Made by a program: the position numbers and the translations under genes
From: Nanobdellati archaeon
GTDB lineage: Archaea; EX4484-52; GLR71
NCBI GenBank assembly: GCA_019429005.1
Contig: JAHYJR010000008.1
Coordinates: 1 to 39,100, forward strand
Direction: 5' to 3'
DNA length: 39,100 bases
Part shown: piece after piece, positions 27,581 through 38,092 of the stretch
Numbering within the stretch: position 1 is the first letter of the stretch
Layout: every line of letters starts with the position of its first letter
Notes under the pieces: model-generated
Seen by the model: the letters and a program-made list of their open reading frames with translations, nothing else
The model's database searches: none
What the model was told of the DNA's origin: nothing

Positions 27581-28654
27581 ATGAAATATTATATTATAAG
27601 CACACCACTTGCTGTGTTCGCATTCAACGAAAACACAGATATTGAACATAGTATATGGTATAAAGATACAGAAGAAGATAGGCTTGAAGCATTTAATGCA
27701 TCTAAAAGCATGCAATTATCAAAATATGAATCAGACATGATTAAACACATAACTAAAAAAGATAAGACTGCAAAAATTATCTTTGAAAATATGAAAGATA
27801 CCTACGAATCAGAATTTCCAAACATAGGTGGAACTACACTAAGACAAAATTTACGAAATATCATAAACGGTAGCGTAAAATTCAAAAATATCACTGAATA
27901 TTATAATTCGATCTTAAATGTCACATTACTTCTTACAAAAAAGAAAATAAGTGAATCGGTAACAAATGATAAACTAATAATTCAAGCAACAAATGCTATA
28001 GAAGACCTTGAAGAAGCAGCAAACATATTATCTGTTAGATTACGAGAATGGTATGGTTTCCTAAACCCTGAATTATCTCAAAAAATACATCAACATGAAG
28101 CTTTTGTTAATGCGATTATAGATAAACAGGATGAAAAAACATTAATGGGTGCTGAACTAGACCAAGCTGATAAAGATAAAATTGAACAATTCGCAAATTC
28201 ACTCAAAAAAATATATGAAGAAAAACAGAATCTTGAAAATTACATTGAAAAAAAGATTCGTGAAGTACTTCCAAACGCAACATCATTAATTAATCCAACA
28301 CTAACAGCACGACTTCTTGCAACCGCTGGAAGTCTTTCAAAACTTGCAAGATTCCCTTCATCAACAATACAAGTTATAGGTGCAGAAAAAGCACTATTTA
28401 GACATATACGTGGACAAGGCACCTCACCTAAACATGGTCTTATATTCCAATCCCCTTTTGTAAACCAAGCAAAAAGAGATGTTAGAGGAAAAGTTGCAAG
28501 AATGCTCGCAAGCAAATTAAGCATAGCGTTTAAAGTTGATTATTTTAAAGGTAATTTTATAGGTGATACCCTTAAAGAGGATTTTGAAAACAAGATTAAA
28601 AACATCAATATTAAATCAAAAAATAAATCAGAAAAAAAACATAAAAAACATTAG
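27581..28654 (+). CDS. nop5: Box C/D RNP protein Nop5 (Nop56/58)
   Basis: RLREWYG...PEL, PSSTIQVIGAEKALF, PKHGLIFQ, RGKVARMLA.KL.IA..VD. Confidence 0.95.
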   Translation: MKYYIISTPLAVFAFNENTDIEHSIWYKDTEEDRLEAFNASKSMQLSKYESDMIKHITKKDKTAKIIFENMKDTYESEFPNIGGTTLRQNLRNIINGSVKFKNITEYYNSILNVTLLLTKKKISESVTNDKLIIQATNAIEDLEEAANILSVRLREWYGFLNPELSQKIHQHEAFVNAIIDKQDEKTLMGAELDQADKDKIEQFANSLKKIYEEKQNLENYIEKKIREVLPNATSLINPTLTARLLATAGSLSKLARFPSSTIQVIGAEKALFRHIRGQGTSPKHGLIFQSPFVNQAKRDVRGKVARMLASKLSIAFKVDYFKGNFIGDTLKEDFENKIKNINIKSKNKSEKKHKKH

Positions 28655-28662
28655 TGATACTT

Positions 28663-29319
28663 ATGAATGAAATATCAAAAGGAATATACAGGACAAATAA
28701 AGATATCTTAACAATCAATTTAGTTCCTGGATTTAAAAGTTATGCTGAAAAAAGTATCAGGATAGGTAAAGGCGAATATAGAATTTGGGATCCTAAAAAA
28801 AGCAAGCTTTCGGCTGCAATTACAAAGGGATTAAAAGAAATACCACTTTACAAAGGTTCAAAAGTACTTTATTTAGGTATTGCAAGCGGTACAAGTGCAA
28901 GCCATATCTCTGATGTTATCGGCGAAACTGGAATTATATACGGTATTGAATTTGCACCAAGATCAATTAGAGATCTCACATATGTTGCAGAAAAGCGAAA
29001 AAATATAATACCAATATTATCTGACGCACGAATACCTGTAGATTATGCAAGCATTGTTGAACAAGTTGATTTCATATTTGAAGATATAGCACAAAAAGAT
29101 CAAGTTGAAATTTTTACAAGAAACGCAAAAATATTCTTAAAAAAAGGCGGTTATGGAATGATTGCAATCAAATCAAGAAGTATAGACGTATCAAAAAATC
29201 CAGAAATAATCTTTAAAGAATCACGCAAAAAACTTGAGACTGATTTCAATGTAATACAGCAAGTGAACTTAAATCCCTTTGAAAAAGATCATATGTTATT
29301 TTTTGTGAAGATGAAATAA
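28663..29319 (+). CDS. flpA: Fibrillarin-like rRNA 2'-O-methyltransferase
   Basis: YRIWDP..SKL.AAI, VLYLGIASGTSASHISD, NIIPILSDAR, L.PFEKDH. Confidence 0.96.
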   Translation: MNEISKGIYRTNKDILTINLVPGFKSYAEKSIRIGKGEYRIWDPKKSKLSAAITKGLKEIPLYKGSKVLYLGIASGTSASHISDVIGETGIIYGIEFAPRSIRDLTYVAEKRKNIIPILSDARIPVDYASIVEQVDFIFEDIAQKDQVEIFTRNAKIFLKKGGYGMIAIKSRSIDVSKNPEIIFKESRKKLETDFNVIQQVNLNPFEKDHMLFFVKMK

Positions 29320-29421
29320 GTTATATTATGACAACTTAAATCCTTATAATATAACAAATTTTTTTATATACCTTTTTTGAAATTTTATAAAACGACATAA
29401 ATAGTACTTTAATTCTACTTA

Positions 29422-31548
29422 TTACATCACACTTAATGCCCCATCTATTATGTTTCCAAACATCACTGTTATCACAAAAAGCACAATAGTATATACTAAA
29501 ACACCAGTAATCATAACTTTCCATAAAATGTCTGCTTCTTTAATCTGATCTCCACCATTATCAATTTTATCAATAAATCTAGAAATTATAACGAGAAGCT
29601 GAATTAGATAAATTCCTACAATCACCTGAAGAACCTCTGGAGGTGTAGCATTCTCAAGATCAAACATAAACATGGCATCTGTTGGAAGCGACAAATCCCC
29701 TGTACTAAACACAGCCATTTTTTCTGTAATAACTGCAAGCATACGCATTATAATTTGAGATACACCAACAACAACGCCAGATATTATTGGAATTAAAAGA
29801 TACGCTTGAAACCTCATATTATTTACAGTCTCGGATAGAAGATCTTCAATCTTTTCTTGAGTCGTCCTCAAAGCCCTAAGATACTCCGAAATAATTATCA
29901 TAGTCATTGCTGCCGACTTTGTACCTTTTTTTACAGACTCACTTATAGCGAGCATGATTGTCCGTATCATCTTTGAAGGATAAAATATCAATGCACCGTA
30001 ATCAACATCAAAAAGAGATTGCTTAAATGTCATACTTAAACGATTCATATTTTTTGCACTAATATCAAAAAGCCCTGAAATCTCAAGATCTTTTGTGTCT
30101 TCAGCTGCTTTTATAAGAGATATCTCAAGCGGAGCACCACCTGAAAGACGATTACCTAAAGCAAATAACGCAGCTTCAAACTGATCTTCAATCAAATTAA
30201 TAATCCTAATAAGATCTATTTTTTCAGCACTCCTAAAATAACCATAAACAATAAATCCTGCAGCTACACCCCATATCACAAACATACTATGTAGAAGACT
30301 TGATGCAAAAAAAGATTGAAATATATTTACAGGTTCAATTCCTGCCATTGAAATTTTTAAAAAATACCCCATAAACAAAATCGCTAACGTTGTTGCAACC
30401 GCAAATGGCCAAACTGGTACAACCAAACCCATAAAATGCATCTTATTCACAGGTAATGCCTTAGGATGGTGTGATATATCTGTTGCCGTAGTTGTTGAAG
30501 GCCTTCTACTTAAAATATTTTCAAGTAAGAACAAAAGCACCGATGGAAGAAGTATATTATATCCGAAAAATAAATAAGTTGTAACATTAGGTATAGAATC
30601 CCCCATAAATATAGAAATCAAAGGAAACATAATCATACCCATAACTGGAAGAAGTATACCAAGACCCTGAAGAATCATAATAGGCATATTCAAACTTCTT
30701 GCATACATCTTCATTTTCTCGTCGGTACCCCTTAAAATATTATCAACAGCCCGATCAAGTAATAAACTACGTCTAGTTTCATCCATCTCATGCATTGATG
30801 CTCGTATATATTCAATAGAATCCATAAATTCTCGATTATACATCTTCCATGAAGCAACATAATCCATAAGCCCATCATCAAGATCTTTAATTTCTCCTGA
30901 TTCAAGACGCCATAACATCCTTTTAAAATCATTTGAAAGTTTACCTGTTGTGTTTTTTGCTGCAAACCGTATTGCACCTTCCAGACTAGGATTGGATTTC
31001 ATATATACAACAATATAAAGAACAGCAATAACAAGATTACCGCTTGTCTGAATCCTCAAAGATAGAGAATGATTCATTGGATATATTATAATCAATAATG
31101 ACATAATAGGTCCAAGAACAATCATAAATAATTTAATAAGAATAGGTATGACTGCTGTTGGAATTATTAACGACAAAATAATAGATATAACTGTAATTAT
31201 AGACCCTGTAAGTATAGCAAAAGCCATAACACCTTCAGGTGTAACTTTCAAATTTGAAAAATTTGTAGCATTAATTATCTTTTCTTTTGTGTCGTCATCA
31301 GGTGTCACATGTATAAATTTACCAGAAAATGCACATGCTTTTTCATACCATGTTGAAGGCTCACTATTAAGCTTTTCCTCAGCCATATATTCCTCATATG
31401 CACGAGTAACTAATTTAGGCTCATACTCAGAAGCTTTAGGCTTAAGAAGATCATTATTATAATTTGAAAGAGCAAAATCTAAGGCTTTATCATGTTCTAC
31501 CTTTTTTTTACGCTCAGCGTCCTCTTTCTCTTTTACCCGATTTGTCAT
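29422..31548 (-). CDS. Type IV pilus/T2SS membrane platform protein (TadB/TadC/ArlJ-like, two domains)
   Basis: Two cytoplasmic helical domains (PSLEGAIRFAA; LGNRLSGGAPLE), each followed by transmembrane helices; TGATG coupling to the ATPase stop gives start 31548. Confidence 0.85.
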   Translation of the reverse strand: MTNRVKEKEDAERKKKVEHDKALDFALSNYNNDLLKPKASEYEPKLVTRAYEEYMAEEKLNSEPSTWYEKACAFSGKFIHVTPDDDTKEKIINATNFSNLKVTPEGVMAFAILTGSIITVISIILSLIIPTAVIPILIKLFMIVLGPIMSLLIIIYPMNHSLSLRIQTSGNLVIAVLYIVVYMKSNPSLEGAIRFAAKNTTGKLSNDFKRMLWRLESGEIKDLDDGLMDYVASWKMYNREFMDSIEYIRASMHEMDETRRSLLLDRAVDNILRGTDEKMKMYARSLNMPIMILQGLGILLPVMGMIMFPLISIFMGDSIPNVTTYLFFGYNILLPSVLLFLLENILSRRPSTTTATDISHHPKALPVNKMHFMGLVVPVWPFAVATTLAILFMGYFLKISMAGIEPVNIFQSFFASSLLHSMFVIWGVAAGFIVYGYFRSAEKIDLIRIINLIEDQFEAALFALGNRLSGGAPLEISLIKAAEDTKDLEISGLFDISAKNMNRLSMTFKQSLFDVDYGALIFYPSKMIRTIMLAISESVKKGTKSAAMTMIIISEYLRALRTTQEKIEDLLSETVNNMRFQAYLLIPIISGVVVGVSQIIMRMLAVITEKMAVFSTGDLSLPTDAMFMFDLENATPPEVLQVIVGIYLIQLLVIISRFIDKIDNGGDQIKEADILWKVMITGVLVYTIVLFVITVMFGNIIDGALSVM

Positions 31549-33809
31549 CAAATACGTCTTTGTTCTTTTATTTTTTGTTTTACCCATTCATCCCATAATG
31601 CAAAAATTCTCTGACTATCTAAAGAACCAACCTCTTTTTTAACAGTACTTGAAATCTTATGAAATTTATCATTTGCATTTACTGTAAAATCTGCTTCAAG
31701 TATAGAATAATTTCCAGTCTTTTTAGCATATTTAAGAAGAGTTTCCTTCATATCACTTCTAAGCTTAATATTACCCCACATAGATTCCCAATCATCTCTC
31801 CAATCTTTAACACGCTTTGCAATCTCATTTAAAATCAAACTTTCACCATTTAAAAGACGCTCCGTTGGCTCTAAATGATCCGTTTTTGAATTATATACCA
31901 TAAGTTGCTGAAACCCTTTTTCCCTAAGAGGATTATCATCCCAATCTTTTGTTACTTCGGTTATTTCCATAATTCTTCTAAAAGTGCTAAGACCGTCCGC
32001 ACTCTTAAGACGATTCACAACCGTTATGATATCTGTCGCCTTAAAACTTGTAGCAGGAACACCTAAATCATTTACAACACGATCAAACACACCATACGGT
32101 GAATCTCCATGGATTGTGCCCGCTACAAGATTTGCAAGAGCACCAATACGCATAGATTCATAAAGCGCTTTAGCTTCAACAGAACGTACCTCACCAACAA
32201 TTAAGCAAGAATCGCCTAACCTAAGCGATGTTCTTATAGCTTCATCTGCAGGAAGCTCAGTCTCTACATGTGTCAATATAGAACGCGACTTCAAAGACTG
32301 TATATCATATTTAAGATTCCTTAATGCTTCAATTGGAAGTTCAAGTGTATCTTCAACCGTGATGATACGTACCTTTCGCATTAATTCTGTAAGAGTTGCA
32401 CCAAGAAGAGATGATTTACCTGCAGACCTAGTACCTGCAAAAAGCATTGTACGTGCTCCATCTATAAGAAAGCTTAAAAGACCAGCCGAAAGTGGCGTCA
32501 TCATATTATAATTCATAAAAAGAGGATATGTCCACGGTTTATCCCTATGCCGTCTTAAAACAAATGTAAACCCATCCGGGCTAAGACTATTTGTTAACGC
32601 AGCAACCCTAGCACGAGCACCAGGAACTGAAATTTCTGTATCAAGAACAGGATTTGCTTCATCAAGAGGTCTACCACTTTCAATCCTAAATCTTGTTGCC
32701 CATGCAAGAGCATCTTCTCTTGTCGGAACAATATTTGTCGTACATTCTTCATGAGTACCATGATATACATAAATTGGTGAATACCCCATAGGTGCATTAA
32801 TATAAATATCCTGCACATTTTCATCTGCTAAAATAACCTCAAGAATACCATAACCGGCAGTATATCTTGTAAGAATATTACTTAAAACATCAAGATTTTT
32901 AGAATTCAAAGATACATTCATTTTATCTGAAAGTTCAGAAATCATATCTCGTCCGATATCCATAAATATCTGTCGCATCCGTTTAGGTTCTGCAAATTCG
33001 GTCTTTCTAGGTTTATGCACAGACATATATCTCCTTGCAGCATCAAGAATTGAGTATTGATCTTCTCGTAATTTAAACTCGGGTGGTATAATATGATATA
33101 TCTTTTGAATATCATCATCAGTTTCAATTATCTGTACCTCAGTATCACCGACCATATATTTATCAATAGTCTTACCCTTTGAAGGTGGTGTTATCATATA
33201 CCTTGTAAGCATAAAATTAGGCTTAATCATAGGTCTAAAAAATTCACGATATAACAACCGGTCACCAATAACATGACCCGAAAGACGATTCTTAATAACT
33301 TGTATCAATTCTAAACTTTCAAATACCTCTTTAATTGGCATCAAAACATTATCTAAATATTTAGAAAAACATAAAGACGTTTGTGTATTTACAGCATTCA
33401 AATATTCTTTCACATAACGTATTTCACGAATAATAAAAACATAAGCACCGATAGGATCTTCACGTAACATAACAGTTACAATATTATGCATTTTATCCAT
33501 AGAACTTGATAAAATATTATTACATGAAGCACCACCAAAATTTGATTGTGATAATATTTTTCTACTTTTTAAAAGATACACTAAAATCTCTGCCAACTGA
33601 TTAAGAAGCTTTGTCTGATACTCATTATATTCATATTCACGACTTCCTGCCAAAATTATATTACTGGCACCTTTTGTTTCAATCAATTTATCAATTGTCC
33701 GTGCCATACAAACGGGATAATCTTCAACCGAAGAACCATACATACAATTAAGACAATTAACCTTCAATTGACGTGTATCACTATTATATGTATAATCACA
33801 GACAACCAT
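31548..33809 (-). CDS. Type IV pilus assembly ATPase (VirB11/TadA/ArlI family)
   Basis: Walker A GTRSAGKSS, Asp box TVEDTLEL, Walker B LIVGEVR, His box GTIHG, PLDEANP.LD. Confidence 0.95.
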   Translation of the reverse strand: MVVCDYTYNSDTRQLKVNCLNCMYGSSVEDYPVCMARTIDKLIETKGASNIILAGSREYEYNEYQTKLLNQLAEILVYLLKSRKILSQSNFGGASCNNILSSSMDKMHNIVTVMLREDPIGAYVFIIREIRYVKEYLNAVNTQTSLCFSKYLDNVLMPIKEVFESLELIQVIKNRLSGHVIGDRLLYREFFRPMIKPNFMLTRYMITPPSKGKTIDKYMVGDTEVQIIETDDDIQKIYHIIPPEFKLREDQYSILDAARRYMSVHKPRKTEFAEPKRMRQIFMDIGRDMISELSDKMNVSLNSKNLDVLSNILTRYTAGYGILEVILADENVQDIYINAPMGYSPIYVYHGTHEECTTNIVPTREDALAWATRFRIESGRPLDEANPVLDTEISVPGARARVAALTNSLSPDGFTFVLRRHRDKPWTYPLFMNYNMMTPLSAGLLSFLIDGARTMLFAGTRSAGKSSLLGATLTELMRKVRIITVEDTLELPIEALRNLKYDIQSLKSRSILTHVETELPADEAIRTSLRLGDSCLIVGEVRSVEAKALYESMRIGALANLVAGTIHGDSPYGVFDRVVNDLGVPATSFKATDIITVVNRLKSADGLSTFRRIMEITEVTKDWDDNPLREKGFQQLMVYNSKTDHLEPTERLLNGESLILNEIAKRVKDWRDDWESMWGNIKLRSDMKETLLKYAKKTGNYSILEADFTVNANDKFHKISSTVKKEVGSLDSQRIFALWDEWVKQKIKEQRRI

Positions 33810-33865
33810 AACTTATATATGATACACGTTATAATAAATATTATTGTATTAAATATGTGATATTA

Positions 33866-34273
33866 ATGGTAGATTTTCAAAACACTCAAGATTTAAAAGA
33901 ATTTATACCAGAGATATCAAAACGAATAAATGAAAATGTACAAAGAATACGGTTACTTGAAGAAAGTATAAACAGCATTGAATCAAGGATAAACACAATT
34001 GAACAAAATTTTATTGAATTCGCTGAAGAAAATAACAAAAATAAAAATCATACAACTTCAGATTTATCTGAAATGCGCGATAAAGTTATCAATCTATCTG
34101 TAGATGTACAAAAAATAAATAGACTTACTGGAAAACTAGCAAACAAAAATGACATAAAAGAAATTCAAGAATATGTTAACCTTATTATGCCAATGACAAG
34201 TAAATTCGTGACAAAAAAAGAAACTGAAACAATGATAAAAGAAGCAATAAATCAGCAAAAATATAATCTTTAA
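33866..34273 (+). CDS. Cytoplasmic coiled-coil protein
   Basis: Heptad pattern RIRLLEESINSIESRINTIEQ; no signal peptide; divergent from the ATPase. Confidence 0.75.
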   Translation: MVDFQNTQDLKEFIPEISKRINENVQRIRLLEESINSIESRINTIEQNFIEFAEENNKNKNHTTSDLSEMRDKVINLSVDVQKINRLTGKLANKNDIKEIQEYVNLIMPMTSKFVTKKETETMIKEAINQQKYNL

Positions 34274-34284
34274 ATGGTGTTACT

Positions 34285-35055
34285 ATGGATAAATACAAAT
34301 TTGAACTTTTTGGAAAACTGAAAAAACAGACAACAGACCAACAAGCATCAGTCACACAATCTGCAATGACACATAATTTACAAATACCATCAAACACACA
34401 ACAAATACCAACAGAATTAATAACACAATTATCATCACAAGGTTTAAGTGAAGCTGAAATAATTAAACAACTTAAACAAAAAGGTTACTCTTTCGGACAA
34501 ATTGATCAAGCACTTAACGCAACACTAAAATCAAGTATAGATAATCGACCCGTAACACATTTAGGTGTATTTAACAACACACAATTCAATACACAACCAC
34601 AAGCAATACAACAACATCAACAACCAAATATGCAACAACAAATACCACAAAGAACAGATAGTATGCTTGAAGCACATATTGAAACAATTGTTGAAGAAAG
34701 ACTTGAAATGCTTAAAAACACAATTGAATCAATCGAAAATGCTCTTGAGAGAACACACGAAGAGATTGATAACCTAGATATATCAATGAAACAACTTGAA
34801 AAACGTAATCAAGAAACCATTGAAATAATATCTAATAAATTTGACTCTCTTGATACTAAATTTGATAATATTAACCCAAAAATTGTAAGCATTGAAAAAG
34901 CATTCAAAGATGTGATTCCAAATATCATAGACAATATGCGTGAACTAACAGAGATTGTTAAAAAAGAAAAACATGTAGATATCGATATGTCAGAGATAAA
35001 TATAGATAAACCCATAACGTCTAACGAACAAAGAAAAGATACCGAAAACGATTAA
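34285..35055 (+). CDS. Coiled-coil protein with small helical N-domain and Gln-rich linker
   Basis: QGLSEAEII.QL.QKGYS..QIDQAL, Q/P-rich linker, long heptad region, SIEKAFKDVIP. Confidence 0.78.
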   Translation: MDKYKFELFGKLKKQTTDQQASVTQSAMTHNLQIPSNTQQIPTELITQLSSQGLSEAEIIKQLKQKGYSFGQIDQALNATLKSSIDNRPVTHLGVFNNTQFNTQPQAIQQHQQPNMQQQIPQRTDSMLEAHIETIVEERLEMLKNTIESIENALERTHEEIDNLDISMKQLEKRNQETIEIISNKFDSLDTKFDNINPKIVSIEKAFKDVIPNIIDNMRELTEIVKKEKHVDIDMSEINIDKPITSNEQRKDTEND

Positions 35056-35076
35056 TATTCGTTCTGAAATACAAAT

Positions 35077-35553
35077 TTAACCGCTACCACCACTAGTATT
35101 ACCACCAATCATCATAACTCCAAGAACCATGACAAAAAGAAGAGCAACTGTTGTGATTGTACCACTATTTACCGCAAACAATTCTGTTATTGATGTGCTT
35201 AAGAAAACAACTATTGTAAGCAAAAGGATTCCAATTGCAATAGCACCCTTATTATCACCGAAGACATCATCAATTTTTATACCAAAAAATGCACCAAAAA
35301 GCACAAATACAAGCATACCACCAATTACGATACTACTTAAACCAAAAAGTGATGAGAAAAACATCCCAAGCGGTGTATAATTAATTATGAAAAAGGATAT
35401 TGAGATTGCTATTATTCCGTTTACACTAGGTTCATCACTCAAATCAGATTTATCTAAAAGTGCATAAAGAATTGCTATAAATAATACAAAAGGAAGAAAA
35501 AAGTCATAGAAACCTATATATCGCAAGTTTCCAATTAGAATATCAAGACCCAT
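35077..35553 (-). CDS. Multi-pass membrane protein, LPF-motif family (divergent copy)
   Basis: G.YD..LPF.LF.AI...LL, YTP.G; 4-5 hydrophobic helices. Confidence 0.82.
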   Translation of the reverse strand: MGLDILIGNLRYIGFYDFFLPFVLFIAILYALLDKSDLSDEPSVNGIIAISISFFIINYTPLGMFFSSLFGLSSIVIGGMLVFVLFGAFFGIKIDDVFGDNKGAIAIGILLLTIVVFLSTSITELFAVNSGTITTVALLFVMVLGVMMIGGNTSGGSG

Positions 35554-35599
35554 AAGTATTATATGTCGCCTTGATATTTAAATGTTTTGGAATTACTTA

Positions 35600-36193
35600 T
35601 CACTTATAGTTAGGAAATTTCTTTTTAACTGCAGCTTCAATTTCATCTGTACCCTTTCCAACAGCATGTAATTTCTTAATATACGCTTCAACTTGTTCTT
35701 GCTCAGTTTTATCATTACTTGCCCAAAAGACTGCACCTATTATAGCAGCAAGCAATACAAACGTCCATACAGTATCACCGCCAAAACTGCCACTAGCACT
35801 AATGCCAGGACCTGCTATAAACCAGATAATACCCGCAACAATAATCACAATACCCATACCGAGTTTTTCATGACCTTTTGTTAAATCGCTCATGTTAAGA
35901 CCCATCATACCAGCAATCAATATCAAAGCCAATACGCCAACAATGATTGTGCTTGAACCACCAAAGACCATTGTAAGATAATCACCCATAAGATTTCCAA
36001 ATGGTGTGTATGCCACAATAAACATTGACAATGTAAATGCCATTATCTGCTTTAATGATTGCTTTTTACCTAAAACATCTCCGGCCTTAGTTGTAAGAAT
36101 ACCTAAAAATATCGCATAGAAAAGTAAAAATGGTAGAAGAATATCCATAGCACCCATCTGCTTTAGAATCCCCATCAATTGATATAAGTCCAT
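35600..36193 (-). CDS. Multi-pass membrane protein, LPF-motif family
   Basis: MDLYQ..., LLPFLLFYAIFLG, AYTPFG, GGSSTII; charged C-terminal tail. Confidence 0.85.
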   Translation of the reverse strand: MDLYQLMGILKQMGAMDILLPFLLFYAIFLGILTTKAGDVLGKKQSLKQIMAFTLSMFIVAYTPFGNLMGDYLTMVFGGSSTIIVGVLALILIAGMMGLNMSDLTKGHEKLGMGIVIIVAGIIWFIAGPGISASGSFGGDTVWTFVLLAAIIGAVFWASNDKTEQEQVEAYIKKLHAVGKGTDEIEAAVKKKFPNYK

Positions 36194-36854
36194 AAATAAT
36201 CACATATCGTAAACATACTAGTTTTAAAACGTATTATTATTATTAAATATCTTGATTTATTAAATATTTAAATCACACAGGAGGTATGTCCCCATCAACA
36301 GGCACCTTATTTCGTTTAGCATCATCCTCTAATTTCTTTGCTTTCCTCTGTTCAGCAGTTAAACCGTCACGACTCATAAAAAAAACAATAACAACTATAG
36401 TTTCAAAAATTTGTAAATAAATCAAATTATTAAAATTAAACCCAACATCCAACGGACCTATCATAAACCATATTAAAGCCACAAAACCCATCACAGAACC
36501 CAGAACAAGCACTTCATTACCGCCTGTCAGATCACTCATCTTAAGACCAAGCATACCCGCAAGTAAAATCAAAACTAAAAGTCCAACAATAACTGTACTT
36601 GAACCGCCAAATATCATTGTAAGATAATCGCCCATTAAGTACCCAAACGGTGTGTATGCCACAATAATCATTGACAAAGTAAATGCCATTATCTGCTTTA
36701 ATGCCACTTTTGTGCCTAAAACATCCCCTGCCTTAGTTGTAAGAATACCTAAAAATATCGCATAGAAAAGTAAAAATGGTAGAAGAATATCCATAGCACC
36801 CATCTGCTTTAGAATCCCCATCAATTGATATAAGTCCATAAATAATCACATATC
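36084..36854. repeat. Perfect 125-bp direct repeat (36084-36208 and 36730-36854)
   Basis: Compared base by base; covers the RBS and first ~36 codons of two paralogues. Confidence 0.9.
36273..36839 (-). CDS. Multi-pass membrane protein, LPF-motif family
   Basis: Same N-terminal motifs; divergent C-terminal half. Confidence 0.85.
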   Translation of the reverse strand: MDLYQLMGILKQMGAMDILLPFLLFYAIFLGILTTKAGDVLGTKVALKQIMAFTLSMIIVAYTPFGYLMGDYLTMIFGGSSTVIVGLLVLILLAGMLGLKMSDLTGGNEVLVLGSVMGFVALIWFMIGPLDVGFNFNNLIYLQIFETIVVIVFFMSRDGLTAEQRKAKKLEDDAKRNKVPVDGDIPPV

Positions 36855-36914
36855 TAGATTAAGACATATAATAATATACAATCGCTGAATACTTAAAGAT
36901 TTTAAAATTTTGAG

Positions 36915-36943
36915 AAAAAAAAGGGATTCCATTTAAGGAATCC
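36915..36943 (-). terminator. Hairpin plus T-tract terminator
   Basis: GGATTCC-N6-GGAATCC followed on the - strand by an 8-T run. Confidence 0.6.
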
Positions 36944-36967
36944 ATCAATGAGATTATTTTTACTAAA

Positions 36968-37504
36968 TTACTTATCAGGCTCATCAGATCCAGGTGGTGC
37001 AGGTGGTATTACATCATCATCACCCTTACTAGCCCAAAAGACTGCACCGATTATAGCTGCTAACAATACTAAAGTCCATACAGTATCACCCGCGAAACTG
37101 CCACTAGCACTAATGCCAGGACCAGCTATTAACCAGACTATAGCTGCAATAACAATCACAACACCCATACCAAGCTTTTCATGACCACCTGTTAAATCTT
37201 TCATTTCAAGACCCAACATACCTGCAATCAATATCAAAGCTAAGATAGCGACAATGATTGTACTTGAACCGCCAAAGACCATTGTAAGATAATCACCCAT
37301 TAAATACCCAAACGGTGTGTATGCCACAATAAACATTGACAAAGTAAATGCAATTATCTGCTTTAATGATTTCTTTTCACCTAAAACATTTCCAGCCTTT
37401 GTTCTAAGAACACCTAAAAATATTGCATAAAAAAGAAGAAAAGGCAGAAGGATATCCATAGCACCCATCTGCTTTAAGTTTCCCATCAATTGATATAAAT
37501 CCAT
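36968..37504 (-). CDS. Multi-pass membrane protein, LPF-motif family
   Basis: Same motifs; Pro/acidic tail. Confidence 0.85.
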   Translation of the reverse strand: MDLYQLMGNLKQMGAMDILLPFLLFYAIFLGVLRTKAGNVLGEKKSLKQIIAFTLSMFIVAYTPFGYLMGDYLTMVFGGSSTIIVAILALILIAGMLGLEMKDLTGGHEKLGMGVVIVIAAIVWLIAGPGISASGSFAGDTVWTLVLLAAIIGAVFWASKGDDDVIPPAPPGSDEPDK

Positions 37505-37529
37505 AATATCACTTATTCATTTATCATAT

Positions 37530-38042
37530 TTATTTTGATGCGTAAAGTACAGTACCAATTATGACTGCAAGTAAACCAATTGTTACAACTGTATCACTGA
37601 TACCAACTGTAAACATACCAGGTCCTGCAATGTACCATACAACTGCTGCAAGTGCAAGAAGTACTAAAAAGACATTTCTTTTCATACTTGGATCCTCTTG
37701 ACCATCTGCTTTCCATAATGCATCAAAATTAAGCCCAAGCATTCCTGAAATTAGGATTAAAGCTAAAATTCCAATGATTATTGTACTTGACCCACCGAAA
37801 AGCTGTGTAAGGTATAAACCCATAGTCATACCAAATGGTGTGTAAGCTACAACAAAGAATGACAAGACAAGACTGATGATTTGATAAATCTTATCACCAG
37901 TACCAGATGTTGATCCATCTTTCTTAAAAGGATCTGCTTTTGAAAGCAATCCTAAAAATATTGCATAGAATAGCAAAAATGGCAGAAGTACGTCAAAGAC
38001 GCCTAAATGCTGCATATTTCCCATAAACGAGTATAAATCCAT
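37530..38042 (-). CDS. Multi-pass membrane protein, LPF-motif family
   Basis: MDLYSFMGNMQ subtype; AYTPFG, GGSST, AGPG. Confidence 0.85.
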   Translation of the reverse strand: MDLYSFMGNMQHLGVFDVLLPFLLFYAIFLGLLSKADPFKKDGSTSGTGDKIYQIISLVLSFFVVAYTPFGMTMGLYLTQLFGGSSTIIIGILALILISGMLGLNFDALWKADGQEDPSMKRNVFLVLLALAAVVWYIAGPGMFTVGISDTVVTIGLLAVIIGTVLYASK

Positions 38043-38092
38043 ATTTAATCTACCTAAAAATTATAGTTAAGATTAATTTAAATATCTGAACT

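Noticed and set aside
27458-29421. Box C/D sRNA near nop5/flpA
   Set aside because: No convincing RUGAUGA...CUGA pair found in the flanking intergenic DNA.
29422-33809. Archaellum operon
   Set aside because: No ArlH KaiC-like ATPase, ArlF/ArlG or recognisable archaellin in the window.
7479-37184. Other short overlapping ORFs (e.g. 7479, 12125, 16116, 22011, 25694, 26209, 31148, 36948)
   Set aside because: They overlap recognised genes or the tRNA and have no motifs of their own.
35600-37504. Diversity-generating retroelement template/variable pair
   Set aside because: No reverse transcriptase, and differences between copies are not adenine-specific.
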